Source of the DNA: Gemmatimonadota bacterium
GTDB taxonomy: Bacteria > Gemmatimonadota > Gemmatimonadetes > Longimicrobiales > Gaopeijiaceae
Reading direction: 5' to 3'
DNA length: 41,308 bases
NCBI GenBank assembly: GCA_030618065.1
Contig: JAUXEE010000001.1
Coordinates: forward strand, 1-41,308
Both the position numbers and the translations under genes were made by a program. Position 1 is the stretch's first letter. Every line of letters starts with the position of its first letter. The notes beneath the pieces are model-generated. The model saw only the letters and a list, made by a program, of their open reading frames with translations, was not told the origin of the DNA and searched no databases. Shown here piece after piece: positions 32,667 to 41,308 of the stretch.

Positions 32667-34622
32667 ATGATCTCTTGGCCGATGGGGGCTTGGCCACCCC
32701 AACCTTCTTCTCACCTTCCTGACCCACCGACCTGGACTCCTCTTCGCCTCGTTTGCCCTTCTGGGTATCATCTCCCCCGCTGGATCGACCCGGTCACCGG
32801 CTTTCGCCAACGCTGGCCTGTAGATGGCGCCCCTGCCACGGAAAGGACGGAGGTGAGAGTAGCCTACGATGACGGGACCATCTATTTCGGCATGATCATG
32901 TTCGATTCCGAGCCGGACCGAATCATGCGCAGCATCCTCCACCGAGAGGGGCGAATCGATAAGGATGACTCTTTCATCATCGCTCTGGACACATATCATG
33001 ACCGCCGAAGCGCCTACATCTTCGAGTTGAACCCCCTCGGAACCCAGGGCGACGCACATTTCACCAACGAGGAACTGGTCTTCCCCGACGACTGGATGTG
33101 GGAGGGTGTCTACGAAAGTGATGCCCGCATCACGGATCGGGGGTGGGAGCTGGAGGTAGCGATCCCCCTTACCACGATCCGGTTCGATCCGGCGAATGTC
33201 GAGACCATGGGGATAGCGTTTTATCGATCTATCCGAAGGAAGAACGAAGAGGTCACCTGGCCCCATATCCCTCTAGCCTATACAGGAAAAATGCAGGGAG
33301 GAATGGACCAGGCCTCCCAGTTCGGGACCCTCACCGGGCTGGAGGGCCTGAGGCCGGGTCGACATGTGGAGGTGAAACCTTTCGGAATCCTGGGGAGTCA
33401 GAAACGGACCGGGGACGAAGAGGCGACCGTGACCGATGAAGTGGGGCTGGATGTGAAGTGGAGCGTCACGCCGAGTCTCACGGCGGACCTCACGTTGAAC
33501 ACCGATTTTGCCCAGGTGGAATCCGACAACGTTCAGATCAACCTCACCCGGTTCGGCCTTTTCTATCCTGAGAAACGAGAGTTCTTCCTGGAGCGCTCCG
33601 AGCTATTCCAGTTCGGGAACAGCCGAGAGACTGAGGTCTTCTTCAGCCGAAGAATCGGCCTCACGAACGACATCATCGGAGGTGGGCGCCTTACCGGTCA
33701 GGCTGGGCCCTTTTCCATCGGATTTCTCAATCTCCAAACGGACGACAACGCCGCTGATGACATCTCCGGCGCCAACAACACGGTGCTTCGTTTGAGGGGT
33801 GATGTGGGTCCAAGGGCCACGGTTGGGGGAATCATCACCAACCACCAGAATTCCGAGACCTATAACCGTGCGGCAGGCCTCGACCTGCGCTACCGATTCC
33901 TGAGCAGCAGCAGCTTCGGGGCTTGGTTTTCCAAGACCTGGGAGGAGGACGGTCCGGAAGAGGGTACGGCGGGCGGGTATGTCGGGCTACAGCTTCGGAA
34001 CGACCGATTCTCCTTTACGACCGACTACACGAACATAGGGGAGAACTTCCGCCCGGCCCTCGGCTTTGTTCGCCGACGGGATATGGTTCGCTACGGAGGC
34101 ACTGCATCCTGGACCCCCCGGTTCGAGGAAAGCACCTGGGCCCGGCAGGCTTCCTTCCAGTTCGTAGGGAAGTACATCGAGGGGCAGGATGGAGCCAGGC
34201 AGTCGGACGAGGCCATCTTCTACCCGAGCCTCACCTTTCAAAACGGCAACTACGTTCTCGTCGGCCTGACCCACCACTGGGAGCGACTCGAAGCTCCCTT
34301 TTCGATCCGACCGGGCGTTGTGATTCCAGCAGGCGATTACCCCTACAACTATGCAGGTATCCTTTTTCGCACCAATGACTCCCGGGTTCTCTCGGCCCGG
34401 GGAGTCACGCACAAGGGGGAGTTCTGGAGCGGGGACTGGTTCCAGTACGGAGGTGCGGTCACCTGGAAAACCGGCCCACACCTTGAACTCACTGGCAGCT
34501 TCGACCGAAAGGAGATCGACCTCTTCCTGGTTCTGAACACCGGATACTTCCAGGGTGACCTCATGGATCCCCACGACGAGCGGTGGGTGAACCGAGCCGG
34601 GGTCATCAAGCTGAGTTCTTGA
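32667..34622 (+). CDS. DUF5916/CBM9-like outer-membrane-associated protein
   Basis: GFRQRWPVDGAPATERTEVRVAYDDGTIYFGMIMFDSEPDRIMRSILHREGRIDKDDSFIIALDTYHDRRSAYIFELNPLGTQGD matches the conserved N-terminal module of this family as I recall it. The long C-terminal region is beta-rich. The start is uncertain because frame 0 encodes no signal peptide (see findings). Confidence 0.6.
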   Translation: MISWPMGAWPPQPSSHLPDPPTWTPLRLVCPSGYHLPRWIDPVTGFRQRWPVDGAPATERTEVRVAYDDGTIYFGMIMFDSEPDRIMRSILHREGRIDKDDSFIIALDTYHDRRSAYIFELNPLGTQGDAHFTNEELVFPDDWMWEGVYESDARITDRGWELEVAIPLTTIRFDPANVETMGIAFYRSIRRKNEEVTWPHIPLAYTGKMQGGMDQASQFGTLTGLEGLRPGRHVEVKPFGILGSQKRTGDEEATVTDEVGLDVKWSVTPSLTADLTLNTDFAQVESDNVQINLTRFGLFYPEKREFFLERSELFQFGNSRETEVFFSRRIGLTNDIIGGGRLTGQAGPFSIGFLNLQTDDNAADDISGANNTVLRLRGDVGPRATVGGIITNHQNSETYNRAAGLDLRYRFLSSSSFGAWFSKTWEEDGPEEGTAGGYVGLQLRNDRFSFTTDYTNIGENFRPALGFVRRRDMVRYGGTASWTPRFEESTWARQASFQFVGKYIEGQDGARQSDEAIFYPSLTFQNGNYVLVGLTHHWERLEAPFSIRPGVVIPAGDYPYNYAGILFRTNDSRVLSARGVTHKGEFWSGDWFQYGGAVTWKTGPHLELTGSFDRKEIDLFLVLNTGYFQGDLMDPHDERWVNRAGVIKLSS

Positions 34623-34770
34623 AGGCATTCTGAAGAAGCGTAGCACTCCAACCCCCTCGGCATTCCCGGTTCGGAAGGTGGCACAAAGACGGTCCGGCGC
34701 CCATTCTCTTCTTGTTGGAGTTGTCGGACCTTCCCGGCCTGACATCCGGGCACTCATGGAGGCGATCCCC

Positions 34771-37700
34771 ATGCACACGACCTCGACCCGCGTAGCCCTG
34801 GTTTTGGCCTTTCTCGTTACCTCGGCATCCTTTGCCGCGGCCCAGTCCCCGGAGCTGTACTCCGACATGCACTGGCGCTCCATCGGACCGACAAGGGCCG
34901 GACGCACGCGGGCGCTGGCGGGCGTGGCCGATCAGCCCAACGTCTTCTACATAGGGTTCGACAACGGAGGAGTGTGGCGCTCCACCGACTACGGATCCAC
35001 CTGGCACCCGATCTTCGACCGGGAATCTACGGGCTCCATCGGCGCCATCGCCGTGGCGCCCTCCGACCCAAACATCATCTACGTGGGGAGTGGGGCCGGT
35101 ATCATCCGGCCGGACCTGTCCACCGGCGACGGCATGTACAAGTCCACGGATGCCGGGGCAACGTGGACACACCTGGGGCTACGGGACAGCCAGATGATTG
35201 CCGACGTGGTAGTCGATCCCACCGACCCGGACCGCCTCTTCGTCGGTGTTCTGGGACACCCCTACGGGCCCAATGAGGAGCGGGGGATCTTCCGTTCAAC
35301 CGACGGCGGTCATTCCTTCGAGAAGGTGCTCTACCGCGACGAGTATACCAGCGGGAACGACCTGGTCATCGACCCGTCGGATCCCAACATCGTCTATGCC
35401 ACCCTCTGGCAACAGCAACAGAGCTTCCGAGAGAGCGGCGAGTTCGGCGGTTTCGGGGAGGGCATCTTCAAGTCAACGGATGGCGGCACCGCATGGAAAC
35501 CACTCACTCAGGGCCTGCCCAGCGTCATCGAGGCGAACCTGGCCCTCGCTCCCAGCAATCCGAAGGTCCTTTACGCCATCGTGGCGGGTCTCCCCAAGGG
35601 AGCGGAGGGAGGCAGCACCACGGGAGTCGTGGGTATCTACAAATCCACCGACGCAGGTGAGCACTGGACCGCTCTCAACGTTCCCGCGGGACCCATGGGC
35701 GAGGCCACACCCTACGTGGATACGCGGCCATTGGCCCGCATCGGTGGTGGGGACCTGCCCACCCTTACGGTCGACCCGCAAAACGAAAACATCGTCTACA
35801 GTTCAACGGTGGTCCTCTGGCGGAGCGAGGATGGCGGCAATACCTGGTCGGCAATTGTCGGTGCGTATGGAGGAGATGACTACCAGAAGACCTGGATCAA
35901 CCCGAACAACACGGACATCATCCTGACCGTGTCGGATCAGGGTGCGCTGGTCTCCGGCAACCGGGGCGAGTCCTGGAGCACCTGGTACACCCAACCCACC
36001 GGGGCCATGTACCACGTCACCACCGACAACGACTTCCCCTATCGCGTTTGCAGTGGCCAGCAGGACTCGGGCTCGGCGTGCGTACAAAGCCGCTCCATGG
36101 ACGGCATGATCACCTTCCACGATTGGCATCCCGTAAACATCCAGGAGTACGGCATCGCAGCGCCGGACCCCCGTGATCCGGATATGGTCTTCGGGAGCAG
36201 CCGGTCGGATGTCACCCTCTACAACCGGAAGACCGGCCAGACCACCCGGGTTGGACCCGACATGGGACCTCGGGGCGGACCCTTCAACCGTAACGTCCGC
36301 ACCATGCCCATCCTCTGGTCACCTATCGACCCCGACCTTCTCTTCTACACGTCCAACGCAGTGTGGAAGACCAGGGACCGTGGCCATAGCTGGACCCGCA
36401 TCAGTCCCGACCTGTCACGCCCCACCTGGGAAGTTCCGACCAACGCGGGCAAGTACGCCGAACAGGTCACGCCAAGCCAACAAGGCACCATCACGGCCCT
36501 GTCGGCTTCGCCTCTGGACGTGGATATCCTCTGGGCCGGCACCGACGACGGCAACATCCAGGTCACTACCGATGGCGGCGCAAACTGGAGGGATGTGACG
36601 CCGCCCGAGATCAAGCCGTGGACGCGGATCTTCAACATCGAGGCGGGCCATTTCGATAAGGGCACCGCTTACGCCGCAGCCAATACCATGCGGATCGACG
36701 ACATGAATCCCCACTTCTGGCGCACCCACGATGGCGGCGAGACGTGGACGGAGATCAACAACGGACTGACGCCGGGCGCCGTAGCCAACGCCATCCGAGA
36801 GGATCCACGGAAGCCGGGGCTTCTTTACGCTGCGACGGAGACCCAGGTCTGGACCTCCTTCGACGACGGTGACCACTGGCACTCTCTGCGGCTGGACATG
36901 CCGGCGGTCTCGGTGCGAGACATCCAGGTAAAGGACGATAGCACGTGCATGTGCTCGGACCTGGTGGCGGGCACGCATGGGCGGGGCTTCTGGATCCTGG
37001 ACAATGTGACACCGCTGCGGCAGGCGGCTGAGGCCCAGGCAGCGACCGAGGCCTACCTGTTCGAGCCGGCCACGGCGCTGCGTGTCCGCTTCGGCACCAA
37101 CGACCCCACAGAGTGGACGCCTTCGCTTCCGGCGGGCGAGAACCCACCCCCGGGAGGCATCATCGACTACTACCTGGCCACCGACGCACCGGAGCCCGTC
37201 ACCCTTGATATCCTGGACGCCGACGGGAAGACCATACGCTCCTACTCGAGCGACGACCCGGTGTTGGATCCCGATCCCGCCTTGGATCCGGAAGGATACG
37301 ACCGAATCTGCAGAAAGGACCCGACAGCCCCGAACTGCAGAGTTCCTTTGTACTGGCCGGCTCCTCAGATGGTGATTTCCACTCGGAAAGGCATGCATCG
37401 CATCTCGTGGGACCTGCACTTCGATCCCATCGGCGATGAGCCCAGAGCGGGAGGTGGCGCAACCGGTGCGGTGCCTCACCGCACCTACCCGCGGGTGGAA
37501 GCCCCCTGGGCGCCTCCAGGCGAATACACGGTGCGCCTCACCGTAGATGAGGAGCACTTCACCCAGCCCCTGTCCTTGCGCCTCGACCCGAGGGTGACGA
37601 CACCGGCTGCCGACCTGGCCCTTCTCGCATCCCTCTCGAGGAAGATGTGGGAGGGAGCCGTCTTCGCGAACTCTGCCTACCAGGACGCTAGAGCACTCGT

Positions 37701-38001
37701 GGCTGAACTCGAAGCCGTAGGGAGTGCGGAAGCTGCCGCCCTCAGAGCCGAAGTCGAGGCGATGGCGCCCGCGCCTCGCCCTCAAACTTCACGACGGTTC
37801 CGTAGGGGTGGGCCCTCAGCTCCACCCAACCTGCAGAGCGTGAGTCAGGCCATGATGAGCGCCGCCATGTCCATGCAGGGCGCCGACGTCGCACCGACGA
37901 TGCGGCAGGTGGCCGCCTGCGAAGCGGCCGAGGCCCACTTCCTGGAGGTAATCAAGCGCTGGATCACCCTTCGAGAGTCGGTCGGCCTCCGACTGATGTA
38001 G
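34771..38001 (+). CDS. Secreted BNR/Asp-box repeat protein (sortilin/VPS10- or GH74-like tandem beta-propellers)
   Basis: The signal peptide is MHTTSTRVALVLAFLVTSASFAAAQ, with a GGAGG 8 nt upstream. There are at least 10 SxDxGxTW-type Asp boxes, including STDYGSTWH, STDAGATWT, STDGGTAWK, STDAGEHWT, SEDGGNTWS, TRDRGHSWT, TTDGGANWR and THDGGETWT. Confidence 0.8.
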   Translation: MHTTSTRVALVLAFLVTSASFAAAQSPELYSDMHWRSIGPTRAGRTRALAGVADQPNVFYIGFDNGGVWRSTDYGSTWHPIFDRESTGSIGAIAVAPSDPNIIYVGSGAGIIRPDLSTGDGMYKSTDAGATWTHLGLRDSQMIADVVVDPTDPDRLFVGVLGHPYGPNEERGIFRSTDGGHSFEKVLYRDEYTSGNDLVIDPSDPNIVYATLWQQQQSFRESGEFGGFGEGIFKSTDGGTAWKPLTQGLPSVIEANLALAPSNPKVLYAIVAGLPKGAEGGSTTGVVGIYKSTDAGEHWTALNVPAGPMGEATPYVDTRPLARIGGGDLPTLTVDPQNENIVYSSTVVLWRSEDGGNTWSAIVGAYGGDDYQKTWINPNNTDIILTVSDQGALVSGNRGESWSTWYTQPTGAMYHVTTDNDFPYRVCSGQQDSGSACVQSRSMDGMITFHDWHPVNIQEYGIAAPDPRDPDMVFGSSRSDVTLYNRKTGQTTRVGPDMGPRGGPFNRNVRTMPILWSPIDPDLLFYTSNAVWKTRDRGHSWTRISPDLSRPTWEVPTNAGKYAEQVTPSQQGTITALSASPLDVDILWAGTDDGNIQVTTDGGANWRDVTPPEIKPWTRIFNIEAGHFDKGTAYAAANTMRIDDMNPHFWRTHDGGETWTEINNGLTPGAVANAIREDPRKPGLLYAATETQVWTSFDDGDHWHSLRLDMPAVSVRDIQVKDDSTCMCSDLVAGTHGRGFWILDNVTPLRQAAEAQAATEAYLFEPATALRVRFGTNDPTEWTPSLPAGENPPPGGIIDYYLATDAPEPVTLDILDADGKTIRSYSSDDPVLDPDPALDPEGYDRICRKDPTAPNCRVPLYWPAPQMVISTRKGMHRISWDLHFDPIGDEPRAGGGATGAVPHRTYPRVEAPWAPPGEYTVRLTVDEEHFTQPLSLRLDPRVTTPAADLALLASLSRKMWEGAVFANSAYQDARALVAELEAVGSAEAAALRAEVEAMAPAPRPQTSRRFRRGGPSAPPNLQSVSQAMMSAAMSMQGADVAPTMRQVAACEAAEAHFLEVIKRWITLRESVGLRLM

Positions 38002-38033
38002 CTGACCGGCGTCGATTCCCGGATCCGCTCCTT

Positions 38034-38059
38034 CCTCCACGCCGGTGAGGGCGTGGAGG
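38034..38059. terminator. 10-bp perfect stem hairpin in the convergent gap (candidate bidirectional terminator)
   Basis: CCTCCACGCC-ggtgag-GGCGTGGAGG lies between the TAG at 37999-38001 (+) and the TAA at 38082-38084 (-). There is no U-tract. Confidence 0.45.
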
Positions 38060-38081
38060 ACCAGAAGGAACCGGCGTCCAC

Positions 38082-40991
38082 TTACCGGATCGCCTTCAGT
38101 CGCTTCAACTCCGCATCGCGTGCGAGGAAGCTCTTGCCCTCGGTGATCCATGGCTCTGCCGGCTCACCTTTCAGGTAGTGTCCGAACCAGGCCAGGATGC
38201 GGCGCTGGTAATCCTTCTGATTCTCCTCCTGTCGTAGGCCGTGGTCTTCACCGATGTAGGCGAGCATCACTACGTTCCTTTTTGCCCTCCGGGCGATGTT
38301 GTAGAGCTCGATGCCCTGGTACCAAGCCACAATCCCGTCCTCGTCGCCGACCTCCAGGAGGAGCGGTACTGTCATTTCATGGGCGTTGTAGACCGCGGAG
38401 TTGTCGATATAGGCCTGGAGGTCTTCATAGAGGGCGACCTCCATTCGTTCCTGGCCCGTCTCGATGTGATCGGTCTCGGCAATACCCGAGCCCCAGTGAT
38501 GGTCGCCGTAGTAGCTGACCAGATCGGTCATGGGTGCGCCTGCGACCGCGGCAGCGAACATGCCATGTGTGTTCGTCGCGACGAAGGAAGTGTTGAAACC
38601 GCCCATGGAGTGCCCGACGATGCCGACGCGCTCGGGATCCACGAGGCCCATCTCGATCACCTCCTCCACGGCCGCCCCGATGCACTCCACCACCGACCAT
38701 CCCGGCTGCCGGATTCTGAAAACGATGTCCGGCTGCAAGACGAAGTAACCATGGGTCATGAAGACCGCGGTGTTGTAGTAACTGCGGTCGGAAGGCGACA
38801 CGTAGCGGTGGACATTTTGGGAGAGCAGTTCGTAGTTGTAGACGATCATTGGATATTTCTTCCCCGGATCATACCCGGCCGGGTAGATCAAGGCGCCCTG
38901 CATCTTACGACCTTTATCGGTCACGTAATCGATGAGCTCGCTGTGCCCCCAAGCATAGTCGCTCTGGAAAGCATTGGTCGTCGTGACCTGCCTGGCATCT
39001 CCCAGCTCTGGCCCACCCACGAAGATGTCCGGTGAGTCGTCATAGTCCTGTGCGATGTAGCCGTACACATCGGATTTCTCAGCCTTTGCGAGGGATCCCA
39101 CCCTCTTGTCGAGCCACACGAGGCGTTCGACGCCCCCATTAGGCTTGAGCACCCCGTAGCCCGACTTCTTCGTCCATTCCCCGTATAGACTGAGGTACAC
39201 GGGCTCGTCGAGATCAATCCACTCATAGCCTCGGGCAGACGAGCCAGGACCTCCCCCCCCTCCCCTGCCTCCCCGGTCGGGTCGGACCACCCGGTGCCGA
39301 ACCTCCTCGGAAACGCCGTCGGTCAAGCGCTCCGCCCCCGATCCGTCCGACGCGACAGACCACAAGTCGTACTTGTCATAGAGGAGAACCGCAGCGTCGT
39401 CCTTCGTCCAACCCGCGACCCCGAAGGGCGGCTTCTGTAGTTGATCCGGATACACCTTGGACGTTTGGTCCGACTCCTGGTTGATGAACGAAATGGGAGC
39501 GGACTCCGTGATATTCACGATCTCCCGCGTGGCGAGATCGATGGTCCAGTAGTGGCCATCGTCCAGGAAGAGCAGGTACTCTCCACCGGGGCTCGCCTGG
39601 AGGTAACGGTCGTTGATGTTCTCCTTGAGTTGCGTCCGGGCCCCGGTCTTTATGTCTTGAATGAAAAGATCAGCCCCCCTGCGGCCAATCGACCGCTCAA
39701 AGGCGTACTTGGACCACTCCGCAACGAAGGCCAGCTCCGTGTGCCGAATGGACGTTACTCTCTCCTCGATCAGGTCCTGGCCGAGTTGTACGAACCGGCC
39801 GCTCTCGATATGCCAGGCAGCCAGCATGTTCCTTTGCCGATCCTGAGCTGCGTGGACCTTCTGCCAGGGCATGACGAACACGTCGGTCCAATGCCAGATC
39901 TCGACGGTGGAGGGATCATCCGCTTCCTCCGAAGCGTCACTTTCTTCCGCATCGTCCCCTTCCACCGCATCATCCCCTTCCTCCCCTTCTCCCCCCTCCT
40001 CAGGTGGGAGGGCTTTGTTCTCCCATTCCGCGATCCCGAGAAAGAGCACGCTTCCGTCCCCGGACCAGGAGAGTGGTCGGAAGGGGACGGTCCTCATCCC
40101 CTCCGGGAATGTGGGATCCGAAGTGGGGTCATAGCTGCGCGTGTCCTCATTTCCGCCCAGGCCGGTCCAGGCGAGAACGACATTCGTCGAACCCTCCTTG
40201 CCATCGTCGGTCTTGGTGCGGAGCACGGCGAGATCGGCAGCATCGTCCCGCCACACAAGATTCCTGTAGATGGAATTCGATGATTCCAGCACCCGCAGCT
40301 CGGCGGTCTCCGCGTCAAACAGGTGGACGGCATTACCTATCTTGTCTTCGGCGCTGATGACCATTGCCAGAAGGTGGCTGCTCTCCACCTTCTGCCAGGC
40401 AAAGTGGGACACGTTTCCGAACGTCATGTCACGCCCGGTCGCCAACTGCCTGAGGATGATGGTCGTTCCGAGGCTCCCTTCATCGGTTCCGGCTTGGCCG
40501 CCTCCCGAAGATCCTCTCGCCCTCTCTGGTGCGTAGCGCCTCATCACCAGGAAGGCGGCGTCGGGGCTGAAATCGAACGAGTCGATACCGTCCACCGTCC
40601 ACGACTCACCCGTCTCCAGATTCCGCAGGCCGAGTTTGTTCTGAACCGGTCTTTCCTCGCTTCTCAGCTTCTCCTGATCAGCTTCGGACTGACCGATGCG
40701 GTAGGCGATCCACCTCGAATCGGAGGAGTAGGCCGGCTGGGCACCGAAGGCGATCACCTCTGTGACGCCGTCGGCGAGCTTCGTGATGCGCAGCTCATTG
40801 TCCCTATTGGTACGATTGATGGCGTAGGCGATCCATTGGCCGTCGGGGGAGAAGCCTCCACGGCTCCCCGCCGGTGAGAGCGTCTCCCATTGGCCGTAGT
40901 CGGCGAACCCTGGCGGCGGTTTGGTCTGAGCCGCCAGCGTGGTGGTCAGGGCAAAGAAAAAGACGAGGCTGGTTGCGGTGGCCCGTTTCAT
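38082..40991 (-). CDS. S9-family (prolyl oligopeptidase/dipeptidyl peptidase-like) serine peptidase with an N-terminal beta-propeller, secreted
   Basis: The product starts MKRATATSLVFFFALTTTLAAQ (signal peptide), with a GGAGGAG Shine-Dalgarno before the ATG at 40991. The nucleophile motif is VGIVGHSMGGFNT. The catalytic Asp and His lie in LEVGDEDGIV and IGEDHGL. Confidence 0.85.
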   Translation of the reverse strand: MKRATATSLVFFFALTTTLAAQTKPPPGFADYGQWETLSPAGSRGGFSPDGQWIAYAINRTNRDNELRITKLADGVTEVIAFGAQPAYSSDSRWIAYRIGQSEADQEKLRSEERPVQNKLGLRNLETGESWTVDGIDSFDFSPDAAFLVMRRYAPERARGSSGGGQAGTDEGSLGTTIILRQLATGRDMTFGNVSHFAWQKVESSHLLAMVISAEDKIGNAVHLFDAETAELRVLESSNSIYRNLVWRDDAADLAVLRTKTDDGKEGSTNVVLAWTGLGGNEDTRSYDPTSDPTFPEGMRTVPFRPLSWSGDGSVLFLGIAEWENKALPPEEGGEGEEGDDAVEGDDAEESDASEEADDPSTVEIWHWTDVFVMPWQKVHAAQDRQRNMLAAWHIESGRFVQLGQDLIEERVTSIRHTELAFVAEWSKYAFERSIGRRGADLFIQDIKTGARTQLKENINDRYLQASPGGEYLLFLDDGHYWTIDLATREIVNITESAPISFINQESDQTSKVYPDQLQKPPFGVAGWTKDDAAVLLYDKYDLWSVASDGSGAERLTDGVSEEVRHRVVRPDRGGRGGGGGPGSSARGYEWIDLDEPVYLSLYGEWTKKSGYGVLKPNGGVERLVWLDKRVGSLAKAEKSDVYGYIAQDYDDSPDIFVGGPELGDARQVTTTNAFQSDYAWGHSELIDYVTDKGRKMQGALIYPAGYDPGKKYPMIVYNYELLSQNVHRYVSPSDRSYYNTAVFMTHGYFVLQPDIVFRIRQPGWSVVECIGAAVEEVIEMGLVDPERVGIVGHSMGGFNTSFVATNTHGMFAAAVAGAPMTDLVSYYGDHHWGSGIAETDHIETGQERMEVALYEDLQAYIDNSAVYNAHEMTVPLLLEVGDEDGIVAWYQGIELYNIARRAKRNVVMLAYIGEDHGLRQEENQKDYQRRILAWFGHYLKGEPAEPWITEGKSFLARDAELKRLKAIR

Positions 40992-41097
40992 CACATACTC
41001 CTCCAAGAGAGCTTCCAATCACCAAATATGCCTAAGAATTCTCGCGAAGTGTGCGGTTGCTGAGGTGGGATCCGCAAGACTGGAGGGAGCCAATTTG

Positions 41098-41308
41098 ATG
41101 AAGCGGACTCGGGCCGGCGCCAACCTCTTCCTGGGTCTCGTGCTCGTGGCCGGGTGCGCTGAGACAGATGAGGGTGAAATTCAGGCCTTCCTGGACGACA
41201 TGGAAACGCCCATCCTCACCGCTTCCGACACTACCCTTCCCCACGGACTCGTCGGCGTCGGTTCGTTCGACGATACCGGTTCGTTCGACGATCTCATGTT
41301 GTGGGGGA
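41098..41308 (+). CDS. Putative lipoprotein (the gene's 3' end runs off the window)
   Basis: This is absent from the ORF track because there is no stop codon in the window. A GGAGGGAG sits 8 nt upstream of the ATG at 41098. The product begins MKRTRAGANLFLGLVLVAGCAETDE... and has a lipobox (LVAGC). Confidence 0.5.
   Translation, partial: MKRTRAGANLFLGLVLVAGCAETDEGEIQAFLDDMETPILTASDTTLPHGLVGVGSFDDTGSFDDLMLWG

Noticed and set aside
36415-37785. 456-aa minus-strand ORF inside the BNR-repeat gene
   Set aside because: It is an antisense shadow ORF, Arg/Gly-rich. The plus strand carries repeated Asp-box motifs.
41032-41244. 70-aa minus-strand ORF at the right edge
   Set aside because: The plus strand has a Shine-Dalgarno, an ATG, a signal peptide and a lipobox over the same DNA. 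The minus-strand ORF has no ribosome-binding site and an odd composition.
1-41308. Scan for CRISPR arrays, tRNA/rRNA genes, IS elements, integrases, phage genes or toxin-antitoxin/defence cassettes
   Set aside because: I saw no regularly spaced repeats, cloverleaf-like intergenic sequences, transposase/integrase/recombinase ORFs or long terminal inverted repeats. Intergenic regions are short, and the window looks like core or accessory chromosome rather than a mobile island.

Overview
This is a 41.3 kb high-GC (roughly 60%) bacterial chromosomal segment. I found no rRNA, tRNA, CRISPR array, transposase or integrase by eye. The gene content (two ADOP/MacB-type duplicated FtsX permeases, one of them PadR-linked, a BNR/Asp-box double-propeller protein, an S9 peptidase) suggests Gemmatimonadota or Acidobacteriota, at low confidence. 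I call about 27 CDS.

Layout:
- 1-3.9 kb: membrane protein, GntR regulator and ADOP permease, all on the minus strand.
- 4.1-5.8 kb: a Tat-exported zinc phospholipase-C-like protein.
- 5.8-18.3 kb: one tightly packed 11-gene minus-strand operon, which is the main item of interest.
- 18.5-21.6 kb: PadR plus a second ADOP permease.
- 21.7-24.8 kb: amtB, a PII gene and glnA.
- 24.8-27.8 kb: flotillin, a small hypothetical and a porin-like barrel.
- 27.8-31.4 kb: a 1195-aa transmembrane sensor ending in a PP2C phosphatase fused to an RsbW-like kinase.
- 31.5-41.3 kb: serine hydrolase, DUF5916-like protein, BNR protein, S9 peptidase and a partial lipoprotein.

Main candidate system: the 11-gene operon encodes a complete stressosome module. 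It has a membrane-anchored dCache-HAMP-STAS RsbR paralogue, a globin-type RsbR, RsbS, RsbT and RsbX. These feed a partner switch with no sigma factor in the window (a fused RsbU-like PP2C plus RsbW-like kinase, and one RsbV-like STAS protein). The next genes downstream are:
- a voltage-sensor/CNBD potassium channel;
- an 863-aa protein combining an APH-like kinase with a NUDT9-homology domain whose Nudix box is degenerate in a way resembling human TRPM2;
- an IMPase-family phosphatase;
- a 2-TM tandem-RCK channel-like protein with a degenerate selectivity filter.

All homology statements come from motif recognition by eye. No database search was run.
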